Assembly: GCA_963708025.1 (NCBI GenBank)
Contig: CAVPSB010000012.1
Coordinates: 320,001-384,000 of the forward strand
From: an uncultured Candidatus Rokubacteria bacterium
GTDB lineage: Bacteria > Methylomirabilota > Methylomirabilia > Rokubacteriales > DASRDR01
Direction: 5' to 3'
Length of the DNA stretch: 64,000 bases
Under the pieces are notes generated by a model. It did no database searches. It worked only from the letters and a program-made list of their open reading frames with translations, and was not told the DNA's origin. This document shows, one piece after another, positions 31,615 to 41,336 of this stretch (the stretch's first letter is position 1; each line of letters begins with the position of its first letter). A program made the translations under genes and the position numbers.

Positions 31615-32962
31615 ATGGCGGACGGCCTGCGGGAGTGGATCCGGAAGCTGGAGGCGGGCGGGGAGCTGGCCCGGGCCCGGCGGGAGGCGGACCCCCGGGT
31701 CGTGCCGGCGCTCCTGGCCCGGGCGCCGGGCGCCGCGCTCATCGAGAAGGTGACCGGTCACGAGATCGGCGTGGTCGGCGGCCTGGCCGCCACCCGCCGG
31801 CGCCTGGCGATCGGGATGGGGTGTGCCGAGCGCGAGCTGGGCAAGGTGTTCCAGCAGGCGATCGACCACCCGATCCCGCCCCGCGTCGGCGAGGCTCCTC
31901 CGGCCTGGGACGTCACCCTGACCGGGGACGAGGTGGACCTCACCCGGCTGCCGATCCCCGTGATGCACGAGAAGGACGGGGGCCCGTACCTCACCAGCGG
32001 GGTGGTGGTGGCGAAGGACGCCGAGTTCGGCCGCAACGCCGGCGTGTACCGGCTCATGTACCGCGGGCCGCGGCACACCAGCATCGACATGGTCTCGCAC
32101 TCCGACCTCCGGACCTTCTACCGGCGGAGCCTGGAGCGGCGGCAGCCGCTGCCCATCGCGATCGCGCTCGGCACCCACCTGAACGAGCTGATGGCCGCCG
32201 GGTACGGCGCGCCCCATGGGCGTGGACGAGTTCGCGGTGGCCGGGGGGCTGCACGGCCAGCCGGTCGACCTGGTCCGCTGCCGGACCGTCCCACTCGAGG
32301 TGCCGGCCAACGCCGAGATCGTGCTGGAGGGGGAGATCCTGCCGATCGGCTGGACGGAGGACGAGGGGCGCTTCGGCGACTTCACGAACCTCCAGTGCGG
32401 GCTCAAGTGGAACCCGATCGTCCGCTACACCGCGATGTCCTACCGCCGGGACGCGCTCCTCTACGTGCTGACCATGCCGTGGGAGAACGACTGGCTGGGG
32501 GCGCCGGCCGTCGAGGCCACCGCCCTGGCCGCGCTCCGGACGGCGGGGATCCAGGTGGCCACGCTCCGGGTCACCCCCGGCGGCTGCTGCCACTTCCAGG
32601 TGATCGCGTCGATCAAGAAGCGGGCGGGGGAGGGGAAGAACGCGCTGCTCGCGCTCCTGTCCCTCGGCATCGTGAAGTGGGCCATCGTCACCGACGACGA
32701 CATCGACATCTACGACCAGGACGAGCTGGACTGGGCGGTGACGTTCCGGGTCCAGGCCGACCGGGACGTCTACATCCTGCCCGGCATGCGCGGGAAGCAC
32801 CTGGACCCCAGCGTCCGCGCCTGGGAGCTGCCGAAGGGCGAGGTCCCGATCACCGCCAAGTTCGGCATCGACGCGACCATTCCCGAGGGCATCGCCCCGA
32901 CCCACTACGAGCGGCTGGTGGTGGCCGGTCTCGACGAGGTGGACCCCCATGAGTACTTCTGA
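31615..32962 (+). CDS. UbiD family prFMN-dependent decarboxylase (frameshift near 32215)
   Basis: DLTRLPIP..HEKDGGPY, NAGVYR, VPANAEIVLEG, EGRFGDF, DDDID and KFGIDAT motifs. Confidence 0.88.
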
Positions 32963-33155
32963 GGCGGAGGTGACGCGGCTGGCCGACGCGATGCTCCGGA
33001 TGCTCCGGGCCGAGCCGCGGTTCTTCATCGACCTGGTCCGCGCGTTCCCCGAGGTGCCCTACCGCGCGGTCCTGCTGGCGTGGGGCCGGGTGCGGGAGCG
33101 CGTGCGCCTGGCCCGCGACGAGGAGGGCCGCTACCTGGCGCCCCCGGCCGCCTGA
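32949..33155 (+). CDS. Small hypothetical protein overlapping the end of the UbiD gene
   Basis: 68 aa with host-like codon usage; AWGRVR...LARDEEGRY. Confidence 0.65.
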   Translation: MSTSEAEVTRLADAMLRMLRAEPRFFIDLVRAFPEVPYRAVLLAWGRVRERVRLARDEEGRYLAPPAA

Positions 33156-33164
33156 CCGCCCCCC

Positions 33165-33653
33165 GTGGCCGAGGGGCGTGCCGCCGGCGTCTATCCGATC
33201 ACGAGCGGCGACGGCCGGCCCACCGAGGCGCTGGTGGCGGCCGCCGGCTACGGCTACGCGCACTCCTGCGTGACCTCGGAGAACTTCCCGGCCCGCCACC
33301 TCGGCGGGCCAAGGGCGCGCGACGTCGTGCTCGTCGAGTTCGACCGCGACGTCTCCTCGGCGGAGGCCGTGGCCGGGGCCGCCCGGCTGGGCCTCGGGCC
33401 GCCGACGTACGAGGACGCCCTCTACTTCGCGATCGCGCACCCGGAGGTCCAGCGCGAGCGGCCGGTCGTCTTCCTCCACGACCCCTGGGTCGGCTTCTTC
33501 GGACGCCGGGACGTGCTCTGCCTCTGGGAGAACGCCGGCCGCCGCGAGCTCGGCCTCGAAGACTTCGACGGCCGCTGGAGGCCGGGGTACCGCTTCGCGT
33601 TCGTCGGCCCCGACGCCGGCCCGACCGACCCGACCACGAGGGCGTCCGCGTAG
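33165..33653 (+). CDS. Hypothetical protein
   Basis: Host-like GC3 bias; last gene of the plus-strand run. Confidence 0.65.
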   Translation: MAEGRAAGVYPITSGDGRPTEALVAAAGYGYAHSCVTSENFPARHLGGPRARDVVLVEFDRDVSSAEAVAGAARLGLGPPTYEDALYFAIAHPEVQRERPVVFLHDPWVGFFGRRDVLCLWENAGRRELGLEDFDGRWRPGYRFAFVGPDAGPTDPTTRASA

Positions 33654-33689
33654 CGCCCGAAAGTGTCCACGGACGCGGGCTCGGACGGG

Positions 33690-34898
33690 TCAGCCGCCGA
33701 ACTCGGCGAGGAAGACCCGGAGACCGAAGCTGAAATACACGGAGCCGAGGTCCCCCCGCTCGGCCGGGCTGCCTGTGATCTTCACCTCGTGACTCCCCAG
33801 GAAGTTGTACTTCGCCTCGAAGCCGACCGCGATGTTGCTCGTGACGAAGTACTCGATGCCCGCGCCCACGGCGGCGGCCACCGCGAAGTCCTTCGAGCCG
33901 ATCTGGAGATCGGCGCTCGGGGGCTTCCCGTCGTTGAACTCGGCGTAGCTCGCGCCGACGCCGACGAGCCCATAGGGCTGTAGCCGCCCGCCCATCAACG
34001 GATAGCGCAGGCGGACCTGCGGCATGATCGTGTACAAGGCGTACTCGCCGATGCTGCCCCGGCCGGGGAGGGCCAGCTGCACCTCGTGGCCTTCGAAGGC
34101 GACCTCGGCCCCGAAATAGCGGCCGAAGTTCGAGCCGACAGCTACCCCGTACATCCAGCTGAAGCCGGTCGCCCCGGTGTCCTTCCTCGTCTCGATGGTC
34201 GGGAACGCGCTGTCATCGGTGAGGAGAGCGCCGCCGACGCGCACGCCGAGGTACAGGCGGACGGGCACGTCGCGTCTCGACTCGGCCAGGGGCGCCGGTC
34301 TGAGCTCGGGGTAGAAGAGGCGAAGCGTCAGGAACGTGAGCAGCGAGTCGATGTCGTTCGAGTGCTTCACGCCGTCGATCTCGATCGACTGGCCTCCGGA
34401 CAGGAGGTACTTGACCTCGAGGCCCACCGCGATATTGTCGGCGACGAAGTACTCGACTCCGCCCCCGACCGCCGCCACCGCGACCGTGCGGTCGCCGTTG
34501 ACGGAGAGGCCGAAGCCCCGCGGCTTGCGATCGTTGAACTGGGAGACGGCGAAGCCCACGCCCCCGACGATGTAGGGTGTGAGCCTGCCGTCGAGGAGGG
34601 GGTAGCGCAGTCGCACCTCGGGGACGAGGGAGAAGACGCCGATCTCGCCGATGACGCCGCGCCCACTGAAGCTGGGTTTGAGCTCCCAGAAGTCTCCCGC
34701 CAGCTCGACGCCCACGTATCGGTTCAGACTTACCCCGAGAGAGAGACCGTGCGAATCGTGCACGCCGGTTCCGGGATTGGTGTCGAAGGTCCGCAGGCCG
34801 AGATAGTAGCGTGTCCGGTCGCTGTCCTCGGCCCTGGCGGCATTGGGGCTCACGGCCAGCAGGACCAGGGCGAGCCAGGCGGCAGCGATGCGCTTCAC
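33690..34898 (-). CDS. Outer-membrane protein with two tandem OmpA/OmpW-like beta-barrel repeats
   Basis: Signal peptide ending ARA; internal duplication VRLRYPL..GRL.PY..GVG...FND.KP...G.EYFV..NIAVG.E.KY occurs twice. Confidence 0.85.
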   Translation of the reverse strand: MKRIAAAWLALVLLAVSPNAARAEDSDRTRYYLGLRTFDTNPGTGVHDSHGLSLGVSLNRYVGVELAGDFWELKPSFSGRGVIGEIGVFSLVPEVRLRYPLLDGRLTPYIVGGVGFAVSQFNDRKPRGFGLSVNGDRTVAVAAVGGGVEYFVADNIAVGLEVKYLLSGGQSIEIDGVKHSNDIDSLLTFLTLRLFYPELRPAPLAESRRDVPVRLYLGVRVGGALLTDDSAFPTIETRKDTGATGFSWMYGVAVGSNFGRYFGAEVAFEGHEVQLALPGRGSIGEYALYTIMPQVRLRYPLMGGRLQPYGLVGVGASYAEFNDGKPPSADLQIGSKDFAVAAAVGAGIEYFVTSNIAVGFEAKYNFLGSHEVKITGSPAERGDLGSVYFSFGLRVFLAEFGG

Positions 34899-35158
34899 GG
34901 TCGTCGGCCCCCGACCGTACCGAGGGCGATCACCTTGCAGCGCCCCAGACCGTCGATCATGCCCTTCGTGATGCGCCGGGCCTTGGCGTAGAGCGCGTCG
35001 GCGTCGCGCGCGGCCCGGACGAACTCCTCCTCGCTCCCCGGAGGCACCTCGACGATCTCGGCCCCGATCGGCCCCGGAGTCTCCATCTCGGCCTCGTAGC
35101 CCACGCCCGGAACGCCGAAGCTGATGCCCTGCGGCGTCACCACCTTTAGCCGTGCCAC
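34895..35158 (-). pseudogene. Truncated N-terminus of a D-2-hydroxyacid/phosphoglycerate dehydrogenase-like gene
   Basis: AGGAGG RBS; VARLKVV...ARDADAL...ITKGMIDGLGRCKVIALGTVG, then an abrupt stop before the NAD-binding domain. Confidence 0.7.
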
Positions 35159-35205
35159 CCTGGCCTCCTGTCTCCGCCCGGGAGCTCCCGGGCGTCCGGC
35201 ACCCC

Positions 35206-35243
35206 TTGACGAGCGCGTGTGTTCGTGATGAATTTCATATACT
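35206..35243. promoter_or_regulatory. AT-rich divergent promoter/operator region
   Basis: TTGACG, dyad ATGAATTTCAT and TATACT lie between divergent genes. Confidence 0.45.
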
Positions 35244-35299
35244 TTTCGGTAACCCTGCGCAAGTAGGTCCGGGCCCACCCATCGGGAGAGGAGACGACG

Positions 35300-37076
35300 A
35301 TGTCTCGAGAGCCCAGTGACAAGGGACTCAGCCGCCGCGAGCTCATCAAGACGGGCGCCCTGGCCGCCGGCGCCGCCGCGGTGCTGCCGGCCCGGCCGGC
35401 GGCCGCCCAGCTCAAGACCGTGGCCCGCAACCGGACGCTCAGCCTGGTGTGGATCGGGAGCCGGGAGGGCCGGTGGGTCGACTTCGAGCTCTGGAACCCG
35501 TACTCCATCGGCTCCAACCACCAGAACGGCCCCGGCATCCTCTACGAGCCGCTGGCCTTCTACAGCGCCTTCGCCGACAAGGAGCTCCTCTGGCTGGCCG
35601 AGAGCTACCGGTACAGCGCCGACTTCAAGGAGCTGACGATCAAGACGCGCTCCGGCATCAAGTGGAGCGACGGCGCCCCGTTCTCGGCCGAGGACGTGGC
35701 CTACACGCTGACCAGCCTGCGCGACCTGGGGCCGAAGGTGCGGTGGGGCGTCGACGTCCAGCAGTTCATGCAGGAGGCGCGGGCGACCGACGCCAACACG
35801 GTCGTGATCAAGTTCAAGGTCCCCGCGCCCCGGTTCTTCTTCTTCCTGACCTACAAGTACGACATCGGCGTCTACATCGTGCCGAAGCACGTCTTCCAGG
35901 GCCAGGACTGGACCACCTTCAAGCACTTCGACGTCGCCAAGGGCTGGCCGATCACCACCGGGCCCTGGAAGGTGGTCTTCTCCTCGCCCCAGCAGAAGGT
36001 GATCGACCGGCGGGACGAGTGGTGGGCGGCCAAGGCCGGCCTGGCGCCGATGCCGAAGGTCGAGCGCAACATCTGGCTGCCCAACGCCACCGAGCAGCAG
36101 AACGCCCAGCTCCTCATCATCGAACCAGCTCGACTTCTCCGGGTCCCTGCAGCCGGCCACGTTCGAGACGGTCTTCCGCCAGAATCCCAAGATCATCACG
36201 CACTCCGGGCAGAAGCCGCCCTACGGCTACATGGACTGGTGGCCGATCTCGCTCTACGTCAACAACGAGCGGCCACCCTTCGACGACAAGGACGTCCGCT
36301 GGGCCATCAGCTACTTCATCGACCGGCAGCAGATCGTCGACGTCGGGTATCTGGGGGCCTCGCTGGTGTCGCCGCTGCCGCTGCCCGAGTACCCGGCGCT
36401 CAAGCCGTACATCGACGGCGTCAAGGACCTCCTCGCGAAGTACAACACGCTCGAGTACAACCCCAAGAAGGGCGAGGAGCTGCTGACCCGCAAGGGCTGG
36501 AAGAAGGACGCCCAGGGCTTCTGGATCGACCCCAGGGGCAGCCGCCTGAAGCTCGACATCATCGGCTTCGGCGTCGAGCGGGCCCGCGATCGGCCCGGTG
36601 CTCGTCGGAGCTCCTCAAGCGGCAGGGGGTCGACGCCAGCATGAGCCTGCCGCCGGACTTCGACGACCGGTTCCAGAAGGGCCAGTACACGGGCGCGATC
36701 TACGGCCACGGCGGGGGCGTCAACGACCCCTACTACACCCTCCGGCTCTACCAGAGCGTCGACGGTCGCCGTCCCCGGCGCCCACCTCGTCAACTTCGCC
36801 CGTGGAAGAACGAGGCCTACAACAAGATCGTGGACGACGTGTTCGTCACCGACATGCGGAACAAGACCCGGCTCCTGGAGCTCTTCCGCAAGGCGATGGA
36901 GATCTGGCTCCCCGAGCTGCCGGACATCCCGCTCGTCCAGCAACTTCCACCGGATCCCGATGAACACGACCTACTGGACGAACTGGCCGACCGCCGAGAA
37001 CCCGTACGTCAACGGCGCCTTCTGGCACCTCACGTACGCGATGGTGCTCTGGAACCTCCAGCCGACGCAGCAGTAG
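35300..37076 (+). CDS. Peptide/oligosaccharide-type (family 5) ABC substrate-binding protein, Tat signal (several frameshifts 36120-36945)
   Basis: SRRELIK, LYEPL, WLAESY, KWSDGAPFSAEDVAYT, TGPW and PFDDKDVRWAIS motifs; C-terminus ends TAG 37076. Confidence 0.85.
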
Positions 37077-37105
37077 GCGCCGCGGAGCGCGCGACCTCGT
37101 CCAGA

Positions 37106-37171
37106 GTGGTGGAGGGGTGCGGGGCCAAAGGCCGAAGGCCGTCGAAAAGCCCGCCGCTGCGCCCCCCCGCC
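37106..37171 (+). repeat. Intergenic hairpin containing module B
   Basis: CCAAAGGCCGAAGGCCGTC at 37125, inside a GGTGGAGGGGTGC/GCGCCCCCCCGCC stem. Confidence 0.75.
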
Positions 37172-37177
37172 TGAACA

Positions 37178-38182
37178 ATGCCGGCTGACTACCTCCTCCG
37201 GCGGGTGGGCGTGTTCCTGCTCATCGCGTGGCTCGCCGCCAGCCTGAACTTCTTCCTGCCCCGGCTCACCGGGCAGGACCCGGTCCGCGTCAAGCTGCTC
37301 CAGCAGGCCCAGCTCGGCGGGCACGTCCAGGCCGGCATCGAGGAGATGGTCCGGGAGTACGACCGGCGGTTCGGCCTCGACCGGCCGCTGTGGGTGCAGT
37401 ACCTCGCCTTCCTCCGGGACGCGGCCCGGCTGGACTTCAACTACTCCATCGCCAACTACCCGCGCACCGTGAACGAGATGATCGCGGAGGCCCTCCCCTG
37501 GACGGTCGCGCTCCTCGGCACCACCACGGTCGTCTCCTTCGCGCTCGGGACGTTCCTGGGCGCGCTGCTCGGCTGGCCGGGGGCGCCCCGGTGGATGCGG
37601 TGGCTCATGCCGCCCCTGTGGGCGCTCCACGCCATCCCGTTCTTCCTGCTCGGCCTCATCCTGATCTACCTCTTCGCGTTCCGGATCCCGGTGCTCCCGA
37701 TGTTCGGCGGCTACAGCGCCGGCGCCTTCCCGGCCTTCACGCTCGCCTTCGTCGTCGACCTGGTCCGGCACGCGATCCTGCCGGCCCTGTCCATCGTGCT
37801 GGTGGCGACGGGCGGGTGGGCCCTGTCGATGCGCGGCATGATGGTCACGACCCAGGGCGAGGACTACGTGATCTTCGCCGAGGCCAAGGGCCTCCGGAGC
37901 CTCACGATCTTCCTCCGCTACTGCGTCCGGAACGCGCTCCTCCCCCAGGCCACCGGCCTCGCCCTGGCGCTCGGCCAGATCGTGTCCGGCGCGGTCCTGG
38001 TCGAGGTGATCTTCGGCTATCCGGGCATCGGCACCGTCCTGTTCCAGGCCATCCGGGAGAACGACCACTTCCTGATCCAGGGGATCGTGTTCACCGTGAT
38101 CGTCGCGCTGGGGCTCGCGACCTTGATCCTCGACGCCGTCTACCCGTTGCTCGATCCCCGCATCTCGTATCGGAAAGCGTAG
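37178..38182 (+). CDS. DppB/OppB-type ABC permease
   Basis: FGLDRPLWVQY, LPWT, EDYVIFAEAKGL and DPRI motifs. Confidence 0.92.
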   Translation: MPADYLLRRVGVFLLIAWLAASLNFFLPRLTGQDPVRVKLLQQAQLGGHVQAGIEEMVREYDRRFGLDRPLWVQYLAFLRDAARLDFNYSIANYPRTVNEMIAEALPWTVALLGTTTVVSFALGTFLGALLGWPGAPRWMRWLMPPLWALHAIPFFLLGLILIYLFAFRIPVLPMFGGYSAGAFPAFTLAFVVDLVRHAILPALSIVLVATGGWALSMRGMMVTTQGEDYVIFAEAKGLRSLTIFLRYCVRNALLPQATGLALALGQIVSGAVLVEVIFGYPGIGTVLFQAIRENDHFLIQGIVFTVIVALGLATLILDAVYPLLDPRISYRKA

Positions 38183-38411
38183 GGCGGGGCCGATGAGCGT
38201 CGCAACCTTCAACTCGGTCGGGACGCGCTCGGCCTGCGGCCTCGCGTCCGTCCCGACCTATGGTCGTCGGCCTCGGTCGTCGCCGATCCTCGGCGTACTC
38301 GGAGTACGCCTGCGGTCGGCGACTCCCTGCGTCCTAGCGCTGCTCGCTCCTCGGCCCCGCCCGGGACAATCTGGCTCATCTGCGACAACGCTGGCACTTC
38401 AAGGAGCGTAG
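38183..38411 (+). repeat. Intergenic palindromic repeat family A, copy 3 (with nested hairpin insert)
   Basis: GGCGGGGCCGATGAGCG...CGCTCCTCGGCCCCGCC; extra GGTCGGGACG...GGCCTGCGGCC...CGTCCCGACC insert. Confidence 0.9.
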
Positions 38412-38412
38412 G

Positions 38413-39315
38413 GTGGCTGTGAGCGGTCAGACGGAGCCGTCGGCTGCCGCCCCGCGGGCGGGCGCAATCCCGGCCGCGCTGCGCTACCTGCGCCGGAACC
38501 TCGCCCTGGTCCTGGGCGTCGTCCTGCTCGGGGCCCTGACCGCGTTCGTCGGGATCGGCCACCTCGTGGTGGACACGGCGAAGGCCCGGCCGCTCTCGGC
38601 CCCCACGCTCCGGCCGCCCTCCCGGCAGTACCCGCTCGGCACCGATCGCCAGGGCCGGGACCTCCTGGCCGTCATGGTCGTGGGCACGCCGCTCACCCTC
38701 CGGATCGGGTTCATCGCCGGGCTGATCGGCGTGGGGCTGGGCTCGGTGTTCGGGTTCACCGCCGCGTACTACCGGGGCAAGATCGATGTGGTCATCCGGG
38801 GGGTCGTCGACGTGGGCCTCACGGTCCCCGGGCTGCTGGTGCTGATCATCATCGCGGTCTCGATCAAGGAGGGCCTGACCGTCGACCAGATGGCCGTGGT
38901 CGTGGCCTCGCTGGCCTGGCTCAGCCCGACCCGCGCCATCCGGGCCCAGGTCCTGAGCCTCCGGGAGCGGGGCTACGTCGAGGTGGCCCGCCTCTCCGGC
39001 ATGAGCGGCCCCGAGATCATCGTGCGGGAGCTGGTGCCGAACCTCCTGCCCTACCTGGCGGCCACGCTCGTGAACGCGGTCTCCAGCGCCATCCTCGCCA
39101 GCGTGTTCCTGGAGGTCCTCGGCCTGGGGCCGATCGACTCGCCGACCCTCGGCATGACCCTCTACTGGGTGAACTTCAACGCCGCCCTGATCAACGGCTG
39201 GTGGTGGTGGTGGGCGGCGCCCATCGTCGTCATCCTCGTCGTGTTCCTCGGGCTGTTCTTCGTGACGGTGGGCCTGGACGAGGTCGCCAACCCCCGGCTG
39301 CGGCGGGCCGTGTGA
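38413..39315 (+). CDS. DppC/OppC-type ABC permease
   Basis: PLGTDRQGRD, RAQVLSLRER and DEVANPRL motifs. Confidence 0.92.
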   Translation: MAVSGQTEPSAAAPRAGAIPAALRYLRRNLALVLGVVLLGALTAFVGIGHLVVDTAKARPLSAPTLRPPSRQYPLGTDRQGRDLLAVMVVGTPLTLRIGFIAGLIGVGLGSVFGFTAAYYRGKIDVVIRGVVDVGLTVPGLLVLIIIAVSIKEGLTVDQMAVVVASLAWLSPTRAIRAQVLSLRERGYVEVARLSGMSGPEIIVRELVPNLLPYLAATLVNAVSSAILASVFLEVLGLGPIDSPTLGMTLYWVNFNAALINGWWWWWAAPIVVILVVFLGLFFVTVGLDEVANPRLRRAV

Positions 39316-40268
39316 AGCCGGAGGTCCTGCGCGTGCGGGAGCTCTCGGTGCGGTACCACACGCCGGGAGGGGCGGTGCGGGCGGCGGACGGCATCACGTT
39401 CAGCCTCCGCGCCGACGAGCGCCTCGGCATCGCCGGGGAGTCCGGCTCCGGCAAGTCCACGATGGCCCTGTCCCTGCTGCGCCTGATCAAGCCGCCGGGT
39501 CGCATCGAGTCCGGGGAGATCTGGCTCGACGGGCAGGACCTCATGACCCTCTCTGACGATCAGATGCGGCGGCTCCGGCTGGCCCGCATCGCCCTCGTCC
39601 CCCAGGGCTCGATGAACTCGCTGAACCCGGTGCTGAGGATCCGCGACCAGATCGCCGACGCCCTGCGGGACCACGACGTGCGCTCCACGAGGGGAGAGAT
39701 CGAGGCGCGCGTGCGCGATCTCCTCCAGCGGGTCGGCCTCGGCCCCGAGGTCGCCGGCATGTTTCCCCACCAGCTCAGCGGCGGCATGAAGCAGCGGGCC
39801 TGCATCGCCATCGCCATGAGCCTCTCGCCCCGGGTCATCGTGGCCGACGAGCCCACCAGCGCCCTGGACGTCGTCGTGCAGAAGCAGGTCATGGACACGC
39901 TGGCCCGGGTCCAGGCCGACCTCGGCGCCTCCATCATCCTGGTGGGCCACGACATGGGGCTGATGGCCCAGTTCGTGGACCGGCTCGGCGTCATGTACGC
40001 CGGCAAGCTGGTCGAGATCTCGCCGGTCCGCGACGTCTTCACGGCGCCGCTCCACCCCTACACGCGGATGCTCATCGCCAGCCTGCCGTCCCTGGAGCGC
40101 CGGGGCGTCTTCCAGGGGATCCCGGGGCTCCCGCCGCCGCTCCGGGACCTACCGTCGGGGTGCGCATTCCATCCCCGCTGCCCCCTCGCCGTCGAGCGCT
40201 GCCGGACCGAGGCGCCCGCGCTCCGCGAAGCGCGGCCCGGCGCCTGGGCGGCGTGTCACCTCGCGTAG
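39312..40268 (+). CDS. DppD/OppD-type ABC ATPase
   Basis: [21 protein letters not shown] and GCAFHPRCP motifs. Confidence 0.92.
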   Translation: MKPEVLRVRELSVRYHTPGGAVRAADGITFSLRADERLGIAGESGSGKSTMALSLLRLIKPPGRIESGEIWLDGQDLMTLSDDQMRRLRLARIALVPQGSMNSLNPVLRIRDQIADALRDHDVRSTRGEIEARVRDLLQRVGLGPEVAGMFPHQLSGGMKQRACIAIAMSLSPRVIVADEPTSALDVVVQKQVMDTLARVQADLGASIILVGHDMGLMAQFVDRLGVMYAGKLVEISPVRDVFTAPLHPYTRMLIASLPSLERRGVFQGIPGLPPPLRDLPSGCAFHPRCPLAVERCRTEAPALREARPGAWAACHLA

Positions 40269-40277
40269 GGGGTCAGC

Positions 40278-41336
40278 GTGACGGCGCTTCTCGAGGCCCG
40301 CGATCTCAGCAAGAGGTTCGGCGGCGGCCTGCTCGACCGGACCCACACCGTCGCCCTCCGGGACTTCTCGCTCGCCCTCGGCGAGGACTGCCCGTCCGTC
40401 ACCGCCGTGGTGGGGGAGAGCGGCAGCGGGAAGACGACGCTCGCCCGTCTCCTGCTCGGACTCCTCACGCCGAGCGGCGGCCGGGTCTCGTACCGCGGCC
40501 GGGACCTCGCGGCCATGTCGCGCCGGCAGTGGCGGACCTTCCGGCGCGAGGTCCAGGCGATCTTCCAGGATCCCTACGAGGTCTACAATCCCTTCTACCG
40601 GGTGGACCACGTCCTGACCGTGCCGGTCGCCCGGTTCGGGCTGGCAGCCTCCCGGGCCCAGGCCCGGTCCCTGATCGAGGACGCGCTGCGCGCCGTCGGG
40701 CTCCGCCCCGAGGAGACGCTCGGGCGGTTCCCGCACCAGCTCTCCGGGGGACAGCGCCAGCGGGTCATGGTGGCGCGGGCGCTCCTGCTCCGGCCGCGCG
40801 TGATCCTGGCCGACGAGCCGGTGTCGATGGTGGACGCCTCGCTCCGGGCGACGATCCTCGGCGCGCTGCGGCAGATGACGCTGGACCTCGGCATCCCGGT
40901 CGTCTACATCACGCACGACCTGGCGACCGCGTACCAGGTCAGCGAGAACATCGTCGTCCTCTTCCGCGGCGCCGTCGTCGAGGCCGGCGACGTGGAGCTG
41001 GTCGTCAAGCAGCCCCAGCACCCGTACACGCAGCTCCTCATCGCGTCGATCCCGCTGCCGGGAGTCGAGCGGACGTGGTCGGCGTCCGGTGGGCCGGCGC
41101 CGGCGGGACCCCGCCCGGCGACCGGAGGGGCCGGGTGCCCGTTCGAGGATCGCTGTCCGTCGGCGATGCCCGCCTGCCGGGCCTCGGCGCCGCCCCTGTT
41201 CCAGACCGGGCGTCACCGCGTGGTGTCCTGCTTCCTGTACCAGGACGCGCCGGCGCTGCCGGCCCACGAGATGGCGGCGGCCTTCGTCGAGACGGCGGCG
41301 GCGCCGCGGAAGGCCTGCGCCCCGGCCGCCCCTTGA
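40278..41336 (+). CDS. DppF/OppF-type ABC ATPase
   Basis: GESGSGKTT, FQDPY, LSGGQRQR and DEPVSMVD motifs. Confidence 0.92.
   Translation: MTALLEARDLSKRFGGGLLDRTHTVALRDFSLALGEDCPSVTAVVGESGSGKTTLARLLLGLLTPSGGRVSYRGRDLAAMSRRQWRTFRREVQAIFQDPYEVYNPFYRVDHVLTVPVARFGLAASRAQARSLIEDALRAVGLRPEETLGRFPHQLSGGQRQRVMVARALLLRPRVILADEPVSMVDASLRATILGALRQMTLDLGIPVVYITHDLATAYQVSENIVVLFRGAVVEAGDVELVVKQPQHPYTQLLIASIPLPGVERTWSASGGPAPAGPRPATGGAGCPFEDRCPSAMPACRASAPPLFQTGRHRVVSCFLYQDAPALPAHEMAAAFVETAAAPRKACAPAAP

Noticed and set aside
32200..32230. Programmed ribosomal frameshift in UbiD (and other split genes)
   Set aside because: No slippery heptamer; the break is at a short C run, consistent with sequencing error.
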